A program made the position numbers and the translations under genes. The notes beneath the pieces are model-generated. The model had not been told where the DNA came from and did not search any database. It saw only the letters and a program-made list of their open reading frames with translations. A DNA stretch of 43,920 bases, counting the filler, from Jimgerdemannia flammicorona (lineage: Eukaryota): assembly GCA_003990765.1 (NCBI GenBank). It is 2 parts of 2 records of this genome, joined end to end, with 100 filler letters (N's around TTAATTAATTAA, not from the genome) between each part and the next. Parts side by side here need not be neighbours in the genome. Positions count along the whole stretch, not along the records: positions 22,013 to 43,920 come from RBNJ01001367.1; 1 more part is not named here. One strand, written 5' to 3'. Shown in pieces: positions 24,272 through 36,800 of this stretch. Every line of letters starts with the position of its first letter. Position 1 is the first letter of the stretch.

Positions 24272-27200
24272 TCAGATGACTCCATTGTCTAAGAGTTCTT
24301 GAATGTGCTCTTTTTCGAATATTTTCAAGTAATGGGGTATTCTATAGGGTTTCTGCCAGATGAGTGTTGCACTTCCTGTATTTATACTGTGGTGATATAA
24401 TGGGTTATATGGCAGGTTGCCATAATCAGTGGTAAAGATATCTTGATATTTATTGAGAAGTTCTACTAGTTGTTGCTGCTGTTGAGGTGTCAATTCTTCT
24501 CCAATGTTGGTGGAAGGGTTCACTGTCTCCTGGGTCGCAGAGGGGCCTTTCCTTTCTTCTGGGACCTTTTGCTATTTCCCAATAGGTTTAGTTCATCAAA
24601 TTCCCTATAAGTTTGGTTGAGAAAGGGCACCAGATGTCCTATGATGGTTCCTTTTGATAAGATGATGGTTTCCCAACTTTGGTTGGTTGCTCAGGAGTGT
24701 ACAGGGTTTATCTTGTCAGAGAATGTGTGTCCTTCTATGTCCAGGTGGGGAATATCTTCTTTGGGTTCAAAGAAAAGATTTCTGGGGTCGGGTGGTGCAA
24801 AGATTTTGAAGGTTGTTTGCTCTCTGGGCTCCAGGATAAGATTCTTGTGCAGTCTGACTGGTTGCCAGTACACTTGCTGGGGAACATTTCTCTTGAGGTG
24901 GTTGACTTGAAGGAGGTGTACTTTCTTCCTGTCTGAACTTCCAAATCTCTTGACTTGTCTTGTTCCTTCAGTTAGTTCAGACACTTCTTGTAACTGTGGG
25001 GTCTTGACTTTCATGAAGACTGCTTGGGCAATGTTCTGTCTCCTAATGATTCAGTGCTATTCTGCACTGCTGTTGTGTAGGATGACCTTGATTTTGCCTA
25101 TATATCCTGGGTCAATGGTTCCTCCTTCCACAGTTATTCCTTGTCTGGCAAGTCTGAACCTTGAGGTCAGTTGAATATAAGCTCCTTGGGGTGGCTGCAT
25201 GGCTAATCTGGTTCTGACCATAAAGGTTTTTCCAGACTTGATAGATTCATCCTCCAGGCCATGAAGATCATATCCTATATCCTCTGGGTGGGCTTTGGTC
25301 GGGAGTTTGGCCTTGGGGTGCAGCAGGGCATACTGGGCAATATTCTTGCTGAGTTCAGGCTTTCCTAAGGCTGAAGCTCCACTAGTGGAAAGCCTCCAAG
25401 CTCTAAGATTGAGGTGTGGCCAACTGGCTCCAGTAGAGGGGTCTTGGAGGTAGTTGATTCCCCTCCTTCCTGTAGGGTCAAGGGCTTCCATGAAGTTGGT
25501 GGCATCTTCTGCCCATCCTTGGCGAGTTGTATGTCTGATGAGAGCTAGAATGTCTTCTCCCAAATTATAGATCTTGAGGATTCTTTTTCCAGGCTTCTTA
25601 GTCTGGCTTTTTCGAATCTGGCTTTTTCAAATCTGGCTTCAGTTATCTCCTTTCTTCAAAGTGTATACTGCAACATCATAACTGAGGTGAATCTTCTGGT
25701 GTCTGCAGTCTCAGCAGTCAGAGTGTCTCCTATGGTTGCAATATCCCATTATCCAAAAATGATGTTCCCAGCTATTTATCTCTTATTGTCTTGGGAATCA
25801 GTATCCATCTTGATCATAGGTTGGGAGAAGGATAGATAAGGGGTATATTTCTGTTTGGGTGAAGAAGCCTTGTCCCCTAAATCAACTTTGTAATCTTGTG
25901 GTGACTTCTTGAAAGGTGGTGGACTGAATAAGAGTAGTTGGGGGTTCTGGTCTCTGGGGTCTCTGTCTTTCTTACTGGTCCAACAGATGACACTGATAGC
26001 AGTAGTCTCGGGGAGAGTGAAAGACCATTTGGTGTAGACATCTTCCTAGCCGAAAAGCTTTCTCTTGATGGGTTTCTTTCTTGAGGATAATGGTGATTAT
26101 ACTGGGTCCTTCTTCTATATTCCAAGGATCATTATCTTCGGGTAGTGTCCAGCAAGGCTCATCCCAGGGGATGAGTTCAGGGACCTCTTCTTCTTCAGCT
26201 GCTTCTTGTTCAGGAACTTCTTGGTAAGAAGTTTTTTCTTCCTTGGATAATTCTTAGCCCCAAATTGCTTGTACTTCTGCAGCTTCAGTTGCAGGTATTT
26301 CTGGAATATGTCTGTATTTCTTCTTCTTCCTTCTGCACTCTGGGTAGGCTGTGTCAGGCGATTTCCTTGTTTCCATGATCTTGGTGGAGTGCTCAGAACA
26401 CTTGTGTCTCTTGAGGCATGTAGGACATCCTTTGGCTTCTCCTGCAATAGCTCCAATGGTAATAGGGATAGTGTTCTTGGCCCATACATTATCTTCTGGT
26501 CAGTCATCCACCAGATTGATTTGGGGATTGAGTCTGGAATCATTTCCATCTTCAGATTCTTCCTCTTCTTCTGTGGTAGATTCTTCACTGCTGGCATACT
26601 CTTCCTGAATAGTGACCTTCTTCTTCTACTTTGATTGCTCATAGCTGGTCACCTTAACTCTATACTTCTTGCCTCAGTAATCAAACTTGAGTACTTGTTG
26701 GCTGATATCAACAACTGCATTCATTTCCTTCATCCAGTTGGTGCCAAGAATTATGTCATAGATGATAGCTTTGGTGACAACAGCTTTAGGGATGGAGAAC
26801 TGAATGTGTCCAAGGGAGATAGTGATATTTTGTACTTCTCTAAGGGGTTGGGTTCAGGCTCCATCTGCTACTATAATGCTGAGGTTGGATAGTCCATCAA
26901 TGGGCCATTGAAGGGTGTCCAAGAACCATTTGGCAATGATACAGATAGCTGCTCCTGTGTCTATAAGGATCTTCACCTTTTGTCCTCCAATATCTCCATG
27001 TAGGTAGGTGCTGACATGTCTTTCAGCTGCCTGAACAGGAATGGGGACTGGTTCTTGCTGTAGGATTGGGACTCAGCCAGTGCTAGACCTGGTGGTTCTC
27101 AGCAATTTGTTTCAGACTCCAGCTGGTGTCAGTTGCAAGAACTGCAAGAGAGGGACTTCCATCTTGACTTCTTGAATCTTCTGCCAGGCTTCATTGTAAA

Positions 27201-28172
27201 TGTCTCTAGGTATGGTCTTTGGAGTATACTTCTTCTTAGGCTTTGGAGAAGCAGGTTCCTGTTCTTCTTGTTCTATTTCTTCATCTTCTGGTAGCAACTC
27301 ATTTGTCTCAGGAACAAAAGGTGAGGGAGTTTGGGGAGGTGTTTCTACTTGTTCTTCATCTTCTTCTTGAATGATTCTTCTGCTGGTGTTCCTGGATGGC
27401 CTTCCTACAGGTCTCTTTCTCTTTTCTGCTGGGTAGACTATCTTTCGGGTAGTAACCTTGGTAGGGTATAAGTTTAGGTCACTGTAATCTTCACTGTTGC
27501 TTGCTTCCTCAAAATCTTCAACAGGATGGGCTTCAGTCTTCTTATACTGGGTATCATTCCTTCAGTTTAGTGGTTCTGAGTCTCTTCGGTCACTTCTTTT
27601 GTTATCACATTCAGTGGCATAGTGTCCAAATTGTCCACAGTGAAAACATTGAACTTGGGCTCTGTCTCAGGCAAGGTACCTTCTTTCTTCTTGCTGGTAA
27701 TTCCTGTTATCTCTTGGTGGATAACCTTGGCTCCTCTGTGGTGGGTACCCTCTGTTGTTTTGGTAGTCCCGATTTTCATGTATGGTGAGTTTTTCAATCT
27801 GTCCAACCAATCAGTCTAACTTAGAGCTGAGGTCTTGGATTTCACTTCTTCCTTCCTTGGCTGGCCTTCTTTCCTCAGATCTTTCTTGTCCTTGAAGGAG
27901 TCCTTGCAGGGCTTTGACCAGGATATCTTCTTTATCTTCCTTCTTGTCATGATTGCTCCAGGTAGTTCCTTACCTGATATCAAAGAATCCTTGGGCTGCA
28001 TCTACTTGCTCTTCAGACCTTCTGATACCTAGGGTGCAGATATGCTGGGCAATATTTGGGGGAATTCCATTCATGAAGGTCATTGGACCTATGATGTCTT
28101 GGTTGGTAGCATTGAATCTGGCAGAATGCATTCTTTTCTGGATTCTTGTGAAGAAGGCTCTGGGTGGGGAAA
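24272..28172 (-). mobile_element. Truncated Ty3/Gypsy element E2 (gag C-terminus, PR, long spacer, dUTPase, RT N-terminus); no LTR seen
   Basis: ILIDTGAAI at ~26945-26970; dUTPase ORF 25057-25563; HHSINTG...QKPYRIP...LLDNGVI at 24272-24523. Confidence 0.9.
24931..25342 (-). other. dUTPase domain of E2, between PR and RT; one stop
   Basis: AKLPTKAH..DIGYDL, RFRLA, GGTIDPGYIGKI, IAQ, RQVKRFGSSD. Confidence 0.93.
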
Positions 28173-28748
28173 ACTGCGGTCATGCAATCAGAGAACTTAG
28201 TAGTCAGTTTGAGCTTAGTTCCTTTCAGATCTCTTATGCAATCTTAGCTTAGTTTTTCCCGCCACACCGTCTCTTATGCAATCCTAACTTAGTGTCAGTT
28301 CCCCTGCACCGGTCTTTCAGGATAGCGCCAGCTCTAAGCAGTAACAGTTAGCATTGTTTCAGTAGGCATTATACGTAGTATCTCCGTGCGCACAGACTAC
28401 GCCAGTAACTTGGTTAGTCTCTGCAATCGGTTTATACAGCCCCTCCCGCCCTTCCTTCACCAAAACCCATCGATCCAGCGTTCATGAGCTCCTGATTTAG
28501 TACAACCCGCCTCACATACATTTTCATGCGAAAGACACTGCACCCAGTTGAGCATAACCCACAACACGTACAATTTTACGCGAAGGATACTTTGCTAATA
28601 TTAATTATTCTGAGCCACATATTTTCTAAAATTCTGAAATCCTCTATTTGTAAATTCTATCTATAATTTTGTTAATATGAACTCCAAAATTTGAAAAAGA
28701 GCAAAATATGTTTTTGTTTTTATAAGCCAATCAATAATGTTGATGACT

Positions 28749-28749
<1 letters not shown>

Positions 28750-28821
<72 letters not shown>
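28750..28821. repeat. ~72-bp poly(T) tract
   Basis: Directly visible. Confidence 0.95.
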
Positions 28822-28825
<4 letters not shown>

Positions 28826-28928
28826 CTATTTGTTGAAAAGTAGTAAAGTGTCAACCTTCGGAAAGAAGAAGTGACCTATTCCATTTCTGAAATCAATCTC
28901 TAAATCTATATATCAGTAGTGTAGTCTT

Positions 28929-29384
28929 CTACAGATTTTTCAAAACTCCTTTGATCAAATCTCCCTTGCCCAACAACAATTTCAACTGATATTTCACATT
29001 CTCCAACAAAGATGTTATGCCCTTGATCTCGGCGTCTGTCATCACACTTCCGGTCGAATCACAGTGCTTCTTGATGTAATCCAGATGCGCCTGGAGTACG
29101 TGCAAAAATTTGAAAAAAGCGGAAGTCGCGGTCGCGGACGCCAATTCACTGTCGCCACCATCATAATTGAGCGAGTAGTGGTGGTTCGACAACGACTGGA
29201 TGGCCGTGGGGTCAACGAAAGCCAGATTTGAGTAAATTTCTGTTTTGACGGACGCGAGAATGTCGCTCAGGCTGTCGAGGATTGGGGTGTATTCGCAGGC
29301 GGGGTAGGGGTTGGGAAAGTAATTGCCGTTGACAACCGAGGTGGCGGAAGCGCAGAGCGCGAGGATGGAGAGGGTGAATTTCAT
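28929..29384 (-). CDS. Small secreted protein, 151 aa, unknown function
   Basis: Intact intronless ORF with signal peptide MKFTLSILALCASATSVVNG; two Cys in the mature part; CpG-rich unmutated sequence; good start context ACAATG; upstream TATA. Confidence 0.88.
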   Translation of the reverse strand: MKFTLSILALCASATSVVNGNYFPNPYPACEYTPILDSLSDILASVKTEIYSNLAFVDPTAIQSLSNHHYSLNYDGGDSELASATATSAFFKFLHVLQAHLDYIKKHCDSTGSVMTDAEIKGITSLLENVKYQLKLLLGKGDLIKGVLKNL

Positions 29385-29473
29385 TGTGTGGATGTGTTTT
29401 GGATTCTTGTAGGGAGGTTTTTTTTGTGAATCTTAACTGATGGTGGACTTTAAAAGGTGGGGTTATATGTGGT

Positions 29474-29480
29474 TTATATA
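29474..29480 (-). promoter_or_regulatory. Putative TATA box of the secreted-protein gene
   Basis: Minus strand CTCTATATAAACC about 90 bp upstream of the ATG. Confidence 0.55.
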
Positions 29481-31606
29481 GAGTGTAATCAAACGAAAAA
29501 CCAACGTCATTTCGTTTTTGTTTTGAACAGACACATTGAAGCTCGGCTTACCCAGCTGCAGATTTGGTTACGATCAAAGATCAAAACTCGCACAGTGATA
29601 CAACAGGTCTTTTTGGTCCGCCTTACCCTCTGCTGGAAAGTATCCCTTTTGCGGAATATTCATACGTCATGGATGTTTACAGCACAAAAATGCGAGAGTT
29701 ACCCATGCACGTGTCGGACCTTTCTTACATGCACGCCACGTTCCAAGAAAGGGTTGTGCCTGGTTTATCACAATATAGGGGGTTTTCAGATGTCATTACC
29801 TGTAAATGCATTCCGATACTGCAACGCGGTTTTGGTGATAATTCGAATAGAAGGGGGATGCTGGCAATGTTTTTGACCTCACGCTGAGGGGCCAGCTCTG
29901 CTTCACCGTGTCGATTTATTTTCCTAAACTCAGCATTACCCTATTAAGTTCGTCAGCGTTCCTATGATGACTTGGAATATAATAACATGCTTTCTCGCAC
30001 GCCGTATACTTGGCCACAATCCAGGGATACCCAGGATCGTTAAATATCGGTAGGTGAACCTATTTCGCCCATATCTCATATCGAGCAATTGCAGTGTGCA
30101 GTGTCCAGCCTTTTGTCTCTACGGCATGCCATTTAACAGCTAAAAATTACTCTATACGCATATGTCATACAGTTTACCGACGCTTTACAATCTCTAACGT
30201 AACAACAGTGCTTCACAGCCTTTACGACCTCCAAACGTGGGTCCAAACATTGATGTGCAGATTGACGTTCCAATTATTTTTTCTCTCACAATGTAATAAA
30301 ACCTTGCAATAAAATTCTCGTATTTCGTATACAATTATGCGCCTTTTTACACATACGAAATGGATGAAAGCAATTCAAACCTGGAAGATAGCCTGATATA
30401 TCTATCACGTATATAAATGGCGCGGGCGGAAGACGCGTGTGTGCATCAATCTGCGAATTTTGTGAAGGAGTGTCATGCTGGACGCACTGAAATCGTTCGT
30501 GTTGTCAGTGACGATGTCTGTGAAATGTTGACATAGTATTACCGATGCTTTGGTTTGTGTATATAGCCATGTTGCTTAACGGGAATGACAAATTTTTTTG
30601 CGTAAAATAACCTGTAGTCTCAAGCAACCCAACACCTAACCTTAGTAAGGCCAAGATGGCTAGAGCCTGGTTCTCTCTACTCTGAGCTACTCTTACCCTC
30701 CCCTTCTTGCCAATAAAATGCCTCCACCAAGGCCACAATTGGCCCTCTCATATAAATAATATATATAGTTGTAAAGTAAAAAAGGAAGTGGCATGCAGGC
30801 CTGAGAAATTCCCAACAATGAGTTACTCTACCCCACCTTTGCTACCCAGTGTCAATCTATATACTTAATGAATAGATCTGCCATCTGACCACTACTCTCT
30901 CTACCCAGCTTTGAGTCAGAAGTTACCATCTGGCTTGTGACACCAGTACCTCAAGTAGCACTGCCATCATACCTGGTCTTGCCCCAAAGGGCTACTGGAC
31001 ATGACCCCAGTACCTCAAGTATCCCTACAGTACTGCACCTGATCTATCAGCTCTCTACTCTCCAAAGCAGCAAAGTAGTTACTCTGCTGATCTTCTTGCT
31101 GATCAACATACCATCACTGGCCAATTGCCAGACCTGATCATTACTGCCATCTTATATTATACCATCTGATATCTACCAATCACTAGTTGCTATTACACTA
31201 TGTATCAAATCACCTCATCTGCTTTGGCCAATTATCAGCTATATCTTCCAAAATCTTCTAAGTGCCTTCTGAAATCTCCCAATACACCTCTATATCTTGA
31301 AGATATAGTGAGAGTCCCCCCAGAATGAAAGAAAGCCCCAGGGCCTGACCCATATCCCCCAGCCTGCCAGAGTATATCAGTAAGTTGAATGCTCACCATG
31401 AAGCCAGCTATGCTGTTAGAAGAAAGACACCTCTTCTCCTTGAGTAGTTGCTAGTGACTCCCAGAGCCTGCATTACACCATCTGGCCCTCAAAATAACAA
31501 AACTCTTAAATTCTTGAAAACTATAGCTTTGAGGTTAGGGCAACTTGACACAATTGAACTCCTCTTCTCTTGCCACTTCTGATACACCCAATCTTGGAGC
31601 ACTAAT

Positions 31607-33666
31607 TGTAAGAGAGTTACTTTTTAGAGTAACCATTACATAGTTCTGGAAAGGTTTTTCTGGATATTCTGGATATTCTGGAAGACTGTTTTCTTATGGT
31701 CAAGATCAATTTCATATGGAGTATGTCCTCTATGCTTATTGATTTCAAGATCGGATTGACATCTCAACCAAAGTCCTTATTTGGACTAGTTCTGGATGTT
31801 CAGGATTTTCCATATTTCAGGAAGTTCAAGAAACTAAGACCAGCTTAGTTGAATTGGCATATCGCTGCAGACAATACCCAATTAGGAAATTTCATGAGGG
31901 GGTTAGGAGTGGGACCTAATGGAGAGCGGATTTACATAAGAGTAGTTTGTGGGTTAAGAAATAGGTTTATTTGCTATTCATGATATTGCTATACTAGGAG
32001 TAGTTGTGTGAAGGGATATTGTGGGGAAGTATTCAGGAATGTTCTTGTGTGTTCGAGTCTGAGATTCTGAGGTCTGGGGGAGGGGGTATTTATACTAGTG
32101 AGGGGCTATCTGGACTATGCTGGATATGGATGTAGCACTAAGTGCCTTGCTGAGTTGGAATGCAGTCACATAGTACAAGTGCGATCTGACATATCAAGAG
32201 ATCATCTGACTGCTGAGTCAGTTCACAGTCACATCATACAAGGCTAATCTAACTATATTATGACTGCTAGGCTATTTATGGGTTTAGGCACTATCTGGGT
32301 AGTCTTCGATGACATCACCATCGATTGCATCATCTCTGATGAAGTAGTCATCTAGGAATAATGGTTTGCGGATTACTTCTCCTTGTTTGCTGAGGTAATA
32401 ATACATTGGAACTTTGTCTCCATCCCACAAGATGGCATCATCAGTCTCATATGCTGGATAAGGTGTTGGTGGGCAAAGGAGGGGTACATCATTTTCACTT
32501 TCATTGGATTCACTGTCTGCATACCTTCTGTAGATTACAGCACTATAAGTTGCAGGGTTATAGTATGCTGGTGGCTGTGGTTCATGTCGCTCATACTCAG
32601 GTGGTGGAGTGGTTGGTTCAATCTCGAGGGTTATCTGAAGATACAGATTGTGTTCTCCGGTCTCTTCATTGTAGTTGAAGTAATCAGGGGTAAATGCAGA
32701 TTGGTATTCATGCCAGTAGTCATTGTCCCAATAAGTCTCGTATGCAGTTATGAACTGTTGTAAGTTCATCGGCAAGGTTGATGGTGTGATCAGAGTTGGC
32801 AGAGATCCTTGGCTAGAGGTCATGTTGGTGTCAGAGGGATCATTATCTTCTGCTTCATCTTCATTGAAGTGGATTATATCATAGATGTCCTTCATGGCAT
32901 ATCCAACTTGGGGCATTTGCAGGATGTGATCATTGGGGTGGGGGAAGGTTTGGTCTGTGGTTTTGACGTACTCGAGGTACTTCTGGTTGAGTTCTTGTAT
33001 CATATCATTGATTTGACCATAGGACAGGGTAGCAACCATCACTGGTAGTAACTCAGAGGTGGGGAATAAAGGTGCTATACTCATAGAAGAGTTCTTGATG
33101 TTTGCAGGCGATGAGCTTCTGGTGTTGAGACATCTGGATAATGTCTGTATCATGGTAGTATTCAACCATGTCTTCCAGGAGGTGGCCGATCTGGTAGTAG
33201 CTTGAGATTTGTCCGATTCGGTGGGCCTCGCTAAGCATGTTCAGAGCATTCCATTGGGCTTCCACGAAGTAGAGGGGTGCCAGGCTATGGATATTCATGA
33301 GGGGCAGAGGGGGTGTAGCTCGGTTGACAATGGCATTCCAAATGTCAGCACAGATACAGTTATAGATCTCAGTGGTCATATTTGTGTATTTGGAAGTTGT
33401 GGTTGTTGTTTGTTTTGGTTCTCTGATTCGACACATCTTGGTGCTCAGTATATATGCATTTGGTCCTGATTGGTAAGATTCCATTTGTGTAAACCTTGTG
33501 TTCTGTGACTTCATATTGACTCAGCTTTGTGTGCTGTGACTTCGGTTTGACTCAGCTTCATGATCAAGCAGGTGATTTCCAGATTTGTTCAGGGTCATGT
33601 ATGATTTCAGTGGCTTGTTCAGAGGGTGACATGTAATTCCAGTGGCTTGGAGGTTGTGTGCTTACA
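31607..33666 (-). repeat. 3' LTR of E3 (2060 bp)
   Basis: Collinear with 39974-42035; minus-strand TATAAATA (~32086-32093) and AATAAA (~31966-31971). Confidence 0.97.
32284..33379 (-). pseudogene. LTR(U3)-encoded ORF, ~365 aa ancestrally; frameshifted by a 2-bp deletion near 33040 in this copy
   Basis: ORFs 33053-33514 and 32284-33165 are one frame in the other LTR; the ATG of MTTEIY is conserved in both copies. Confidence 0.85.
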
Positions 33667-33680
33667 ACTCTCCCCTTCTT
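33667..33680 (-). promoter_or_regulatory. Polypurine tract of E3
   Basis: Minus strand AAGAAGGGGAGAGT abuts the 3' LTR. Confidence 0.9.
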
Positions 33681-33879
33681 AGCTTTCGACGTCCTCATCG
33701 GGGCCTTCTAATTTTGTTCAGTGGTATAGGGAGAATAGGCTTGCTTTCAGTTTTGCCATTTCTCCAGAGGGTCAGTGTTTTTGTCTTGTTTTGCTGAGTT
33801 CTTGGTCTGGTTTGCAATAATTATAATGTTCAGGAGGATAATATATAGTGTATACTAATAGGTGCGGAGTATTTGGTTC

Positions 33880-36800
33880 TAGTTATTCAAGGAATCATAT
33901 TCCTGAACTAGGTCAGTAGCATTCTAGAGATTGGTCTTGGGTTCCCAGGTTGCATCATGGATTGGGTAACCTTTCCATTTGACAAGGTACTCAGGGTGGC
34001 TCTTGTTGCCACGTTTGTTGAGGATTTGTTCAACTTCATACTCTTCTTGGTCATTAATAATGACAGATGCAGGTGGTTTGGTGGTCCGGTTTGGAAATAG
34101 CTTGTCATCATTCTCATTATATCACTTGAGATGTTGGACATTAAAGACTGGGTGAATCTTAATGGTGTCAGATAGTGCCAGTTTGTAGGAGGTTGGAGAG
34201 ACTTGTGTGATGACTTCAAATGGTCCAATGAACTTGCTGTTCAGCTTTATAGATAGTCTGTGCTTGAGGTTGTCAACTCGGTATCCTCTGATGTCTAGTA
34301 GGACTTTTTCTCCAATATCAAAAGTTTCTTCTTGGCAGTGTTGGTTAATATACTGTGATTGTTGTTCTTGAGCTCGCGATAAATTCTCGATAGCAATCTG
34401 GCTTAAATTGCGCATTCAAAGTAAGAATTCTTCAATGGCTTTGACTGTGGAGGGTTCTTCAGTGATTCAGATAAGTGTCAAAGGGGTGTTTGGATTTTGT
34501 CCAGTGTTGGCGAAGAATGGGGTCATTCCAAGAGAGGCTTGCTTGCTATTGTTATAAGCAAACTCAACTGCAGTAAGGTATTCATGCCAATCATCTTGTC
34601 TATAGGAAACATAGTTCCTTAGTATTTGTTCCAGAGTTTGGTTCATTCTTTCAGTTTGACCATCAGTTTCTGGGTGAAAGGCTGTGGATAGTGCAAGTTT
34701 TGTTCCAAGGTATGCATGGAGGGCTTTCCAAAAATGGCTAGTGAATTTCGGATCTTGGTCACTAACAATGATCTTAGAAAGACCATGATAGCGGAAGATA
34801 TTGTCAAATAAGAGTGTGGCTATGTCTGGTGCTGTTGCAGTAGTGGTAGTAGACACAAAGTGGGCTTGTTTGCTGAGATAGTCTACAAAGACAATAATTG
34901 CATCTTTCCCATTCTTGGTTCGGGGTAGTTGTATAATGAAGTCCATAGAGATTTGTTCCCAATTTGTGAATGGTACTGGGATAGGGTGGAGTAAACCAGG
35001 TTTTGCTAGTGTTGAGGACTTGTTTTGTTTGCAGACATCATATGAAGTAATATAGGTTTTGAGCTGATCTGCCATTCGGGGCCAATAGAAGTTCTGGGAG
35101 ATAACTTCATAGCATTTGTCAAATCCTAAATGTCCAGCTGTAGGGGCATCATGATATTCGAATAGGATAGTCCTTCGGAGGTCTCAGTTGTTTGGGATAT
35201 ACAATCTGTCCTTGTAGTAGATAGCATTGTCCTTGAGTTGGTATTGATTGTACTGGGTATGCTTGTCAGCATTATCATTGTTCAGGATTTCTTGGAGTGC
35301 TTGAGCTTCTTTATCATCAACACATGCTGCAATGATTTGTTCCATGATAGTGTTGGTAACCAAGGTCAGAGTTTGGATAACCTCTTCGATTGGTGGTCTG
35401 GAGATTGTATTGGCAACAATATTTTCCTTGCCAGAGTGGTACTGGGTTTCATAGTCAAAGTTGGTGAGGACTTTCATCCATCTGGCTTGTTTTCAAGAAA
35501 GGGTAGCCTGTGTCTTGATGTTGACTAATGACTTGTGGTCAGTCAATACAGTGAAGTGTACTCCTTTTAGGTATGGTCGCCATTTGATCAGAGTGTCTAC
35601 GATGGTTAGTATTTCCTTCTCATGAGTTGCGTAGTTGATTTCGGCATCGTTGAACTTGCAGGAGTGATAGGCCACAGGGTGTCCTTCTTGCATGAGCACT
35701 GCTCCAAGGGCTAGGTCAGAGGCATCAGTAGTGACTTCATATAGTAGGGCAGGATTTGCTGCTTGAAGTACTGGAGTGGTTATCAGGACATCTTTCAGTG
35801 CTTGAAAGGCGGTATCTTGTTCGGGTCCCCAAGTTACAAGATTGTTGAAGTCTTTCTCTTGTTTCATGGTCCAGGGTTGTTCTTGTTTCTTGCTGTGCTT
35901 GTTCATTTGGGTGAGGGCAGTAGCAATTTTAGCAAAGTTGGCAACAAATCATCTGTAATAGTTTGCTAATCCCAGGAATGACTGGAGGTCTTTTAGCTTC
36001 TTGGGTGTGGGCCAATCTTTGATTGCAGAGATTTTGCTGGGGTCCACTTTGATTCTATTTGGAGTGACAATGTGTCCAAGGAATTGAATTTCTTTCAGAA
36101 GAAATTTGCACTTGCTGAGTTTTGTAAAGAGTTGGTTTTCTCGGAGTTTCAGTAGTACTAGTTTAAGGTGTTCAAGATATTCCTTTAGGGTTTTGCTGAA
36201 GACTAGGATGTCATCAATGTAAACAACACCGAATTTGTCCAGGTATGGATATAGAATGGTATTCATTAGTGTCTGGAAGATTTCTGGAGCATTAGTTAAG
36301 CCAAAGGGCATAACCAGAAACTCGAAGTGTCTATAGCGAGTTCGGAAAGCTGTCTTGTAGATGTCTTCTTCTTTCATGGCAATTTGCCAGTAACCATTTT
36401 ACAGATCAAAAGAGCTCATGAATTGTGGGTTAGTGAGCCTATCGAATATTTCATCGATCCTTGGTAGTGGGCAATAGTTCTTGATGGTCTGTTCATTGAG
36501 ATCGTAGTAGTCAATACACATTCGCAGATCTCCTCCTTTCTTGACAACAAAGAGGACTGGTGTACCATAGGGTGATATGCTGGGTCTGATGAATCCTTAT
36601 TCTAGGAGTTCATCAATTTCTTTCTTGAGTGCATTGATTTCTCTTGGAGACATATGGTAGATTGACTTGAAGACTGGTTTGGCATCTGGGATAGTCTTGA
36701 TTGCGTGGTCTACTGCTCATTTGGAAGGTAGGCCTTTCGGGAGCTTCTTTGGGAATATATCTTGGAATTTCTGGAGTAGTGGTCTGACACAGCTGTCAAC

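Noticed and set aside
28750..29384. Secreted-protein gene as a retrocopy (intronless, A-tract 107 nt after the stop)
   Set aside because: No TSD found, a TATA box lies upstream, and long homopolymers occur elsewhere in the window; unsupported though not excluded.
29457..30312. Plus-strand ORFs of 139, 107 and 72 aa
   Set aside because: Non-ATG starts, overlapping frames and no motifs; probably the upstream region of the secreted-protein gene.
30610..31606. CpG-depleted stretch left of E3
   Set aside because: Probably a TE relic, but I could not assign a family or boundaries.
33380..33514. Longer N-terminus (MKSQ.../MESY...) for the LTR ORF
   Set aside because: These ATGs read ACA in the other LTR, implying ancestral ACG; only the MTTEIY ATG is shared.
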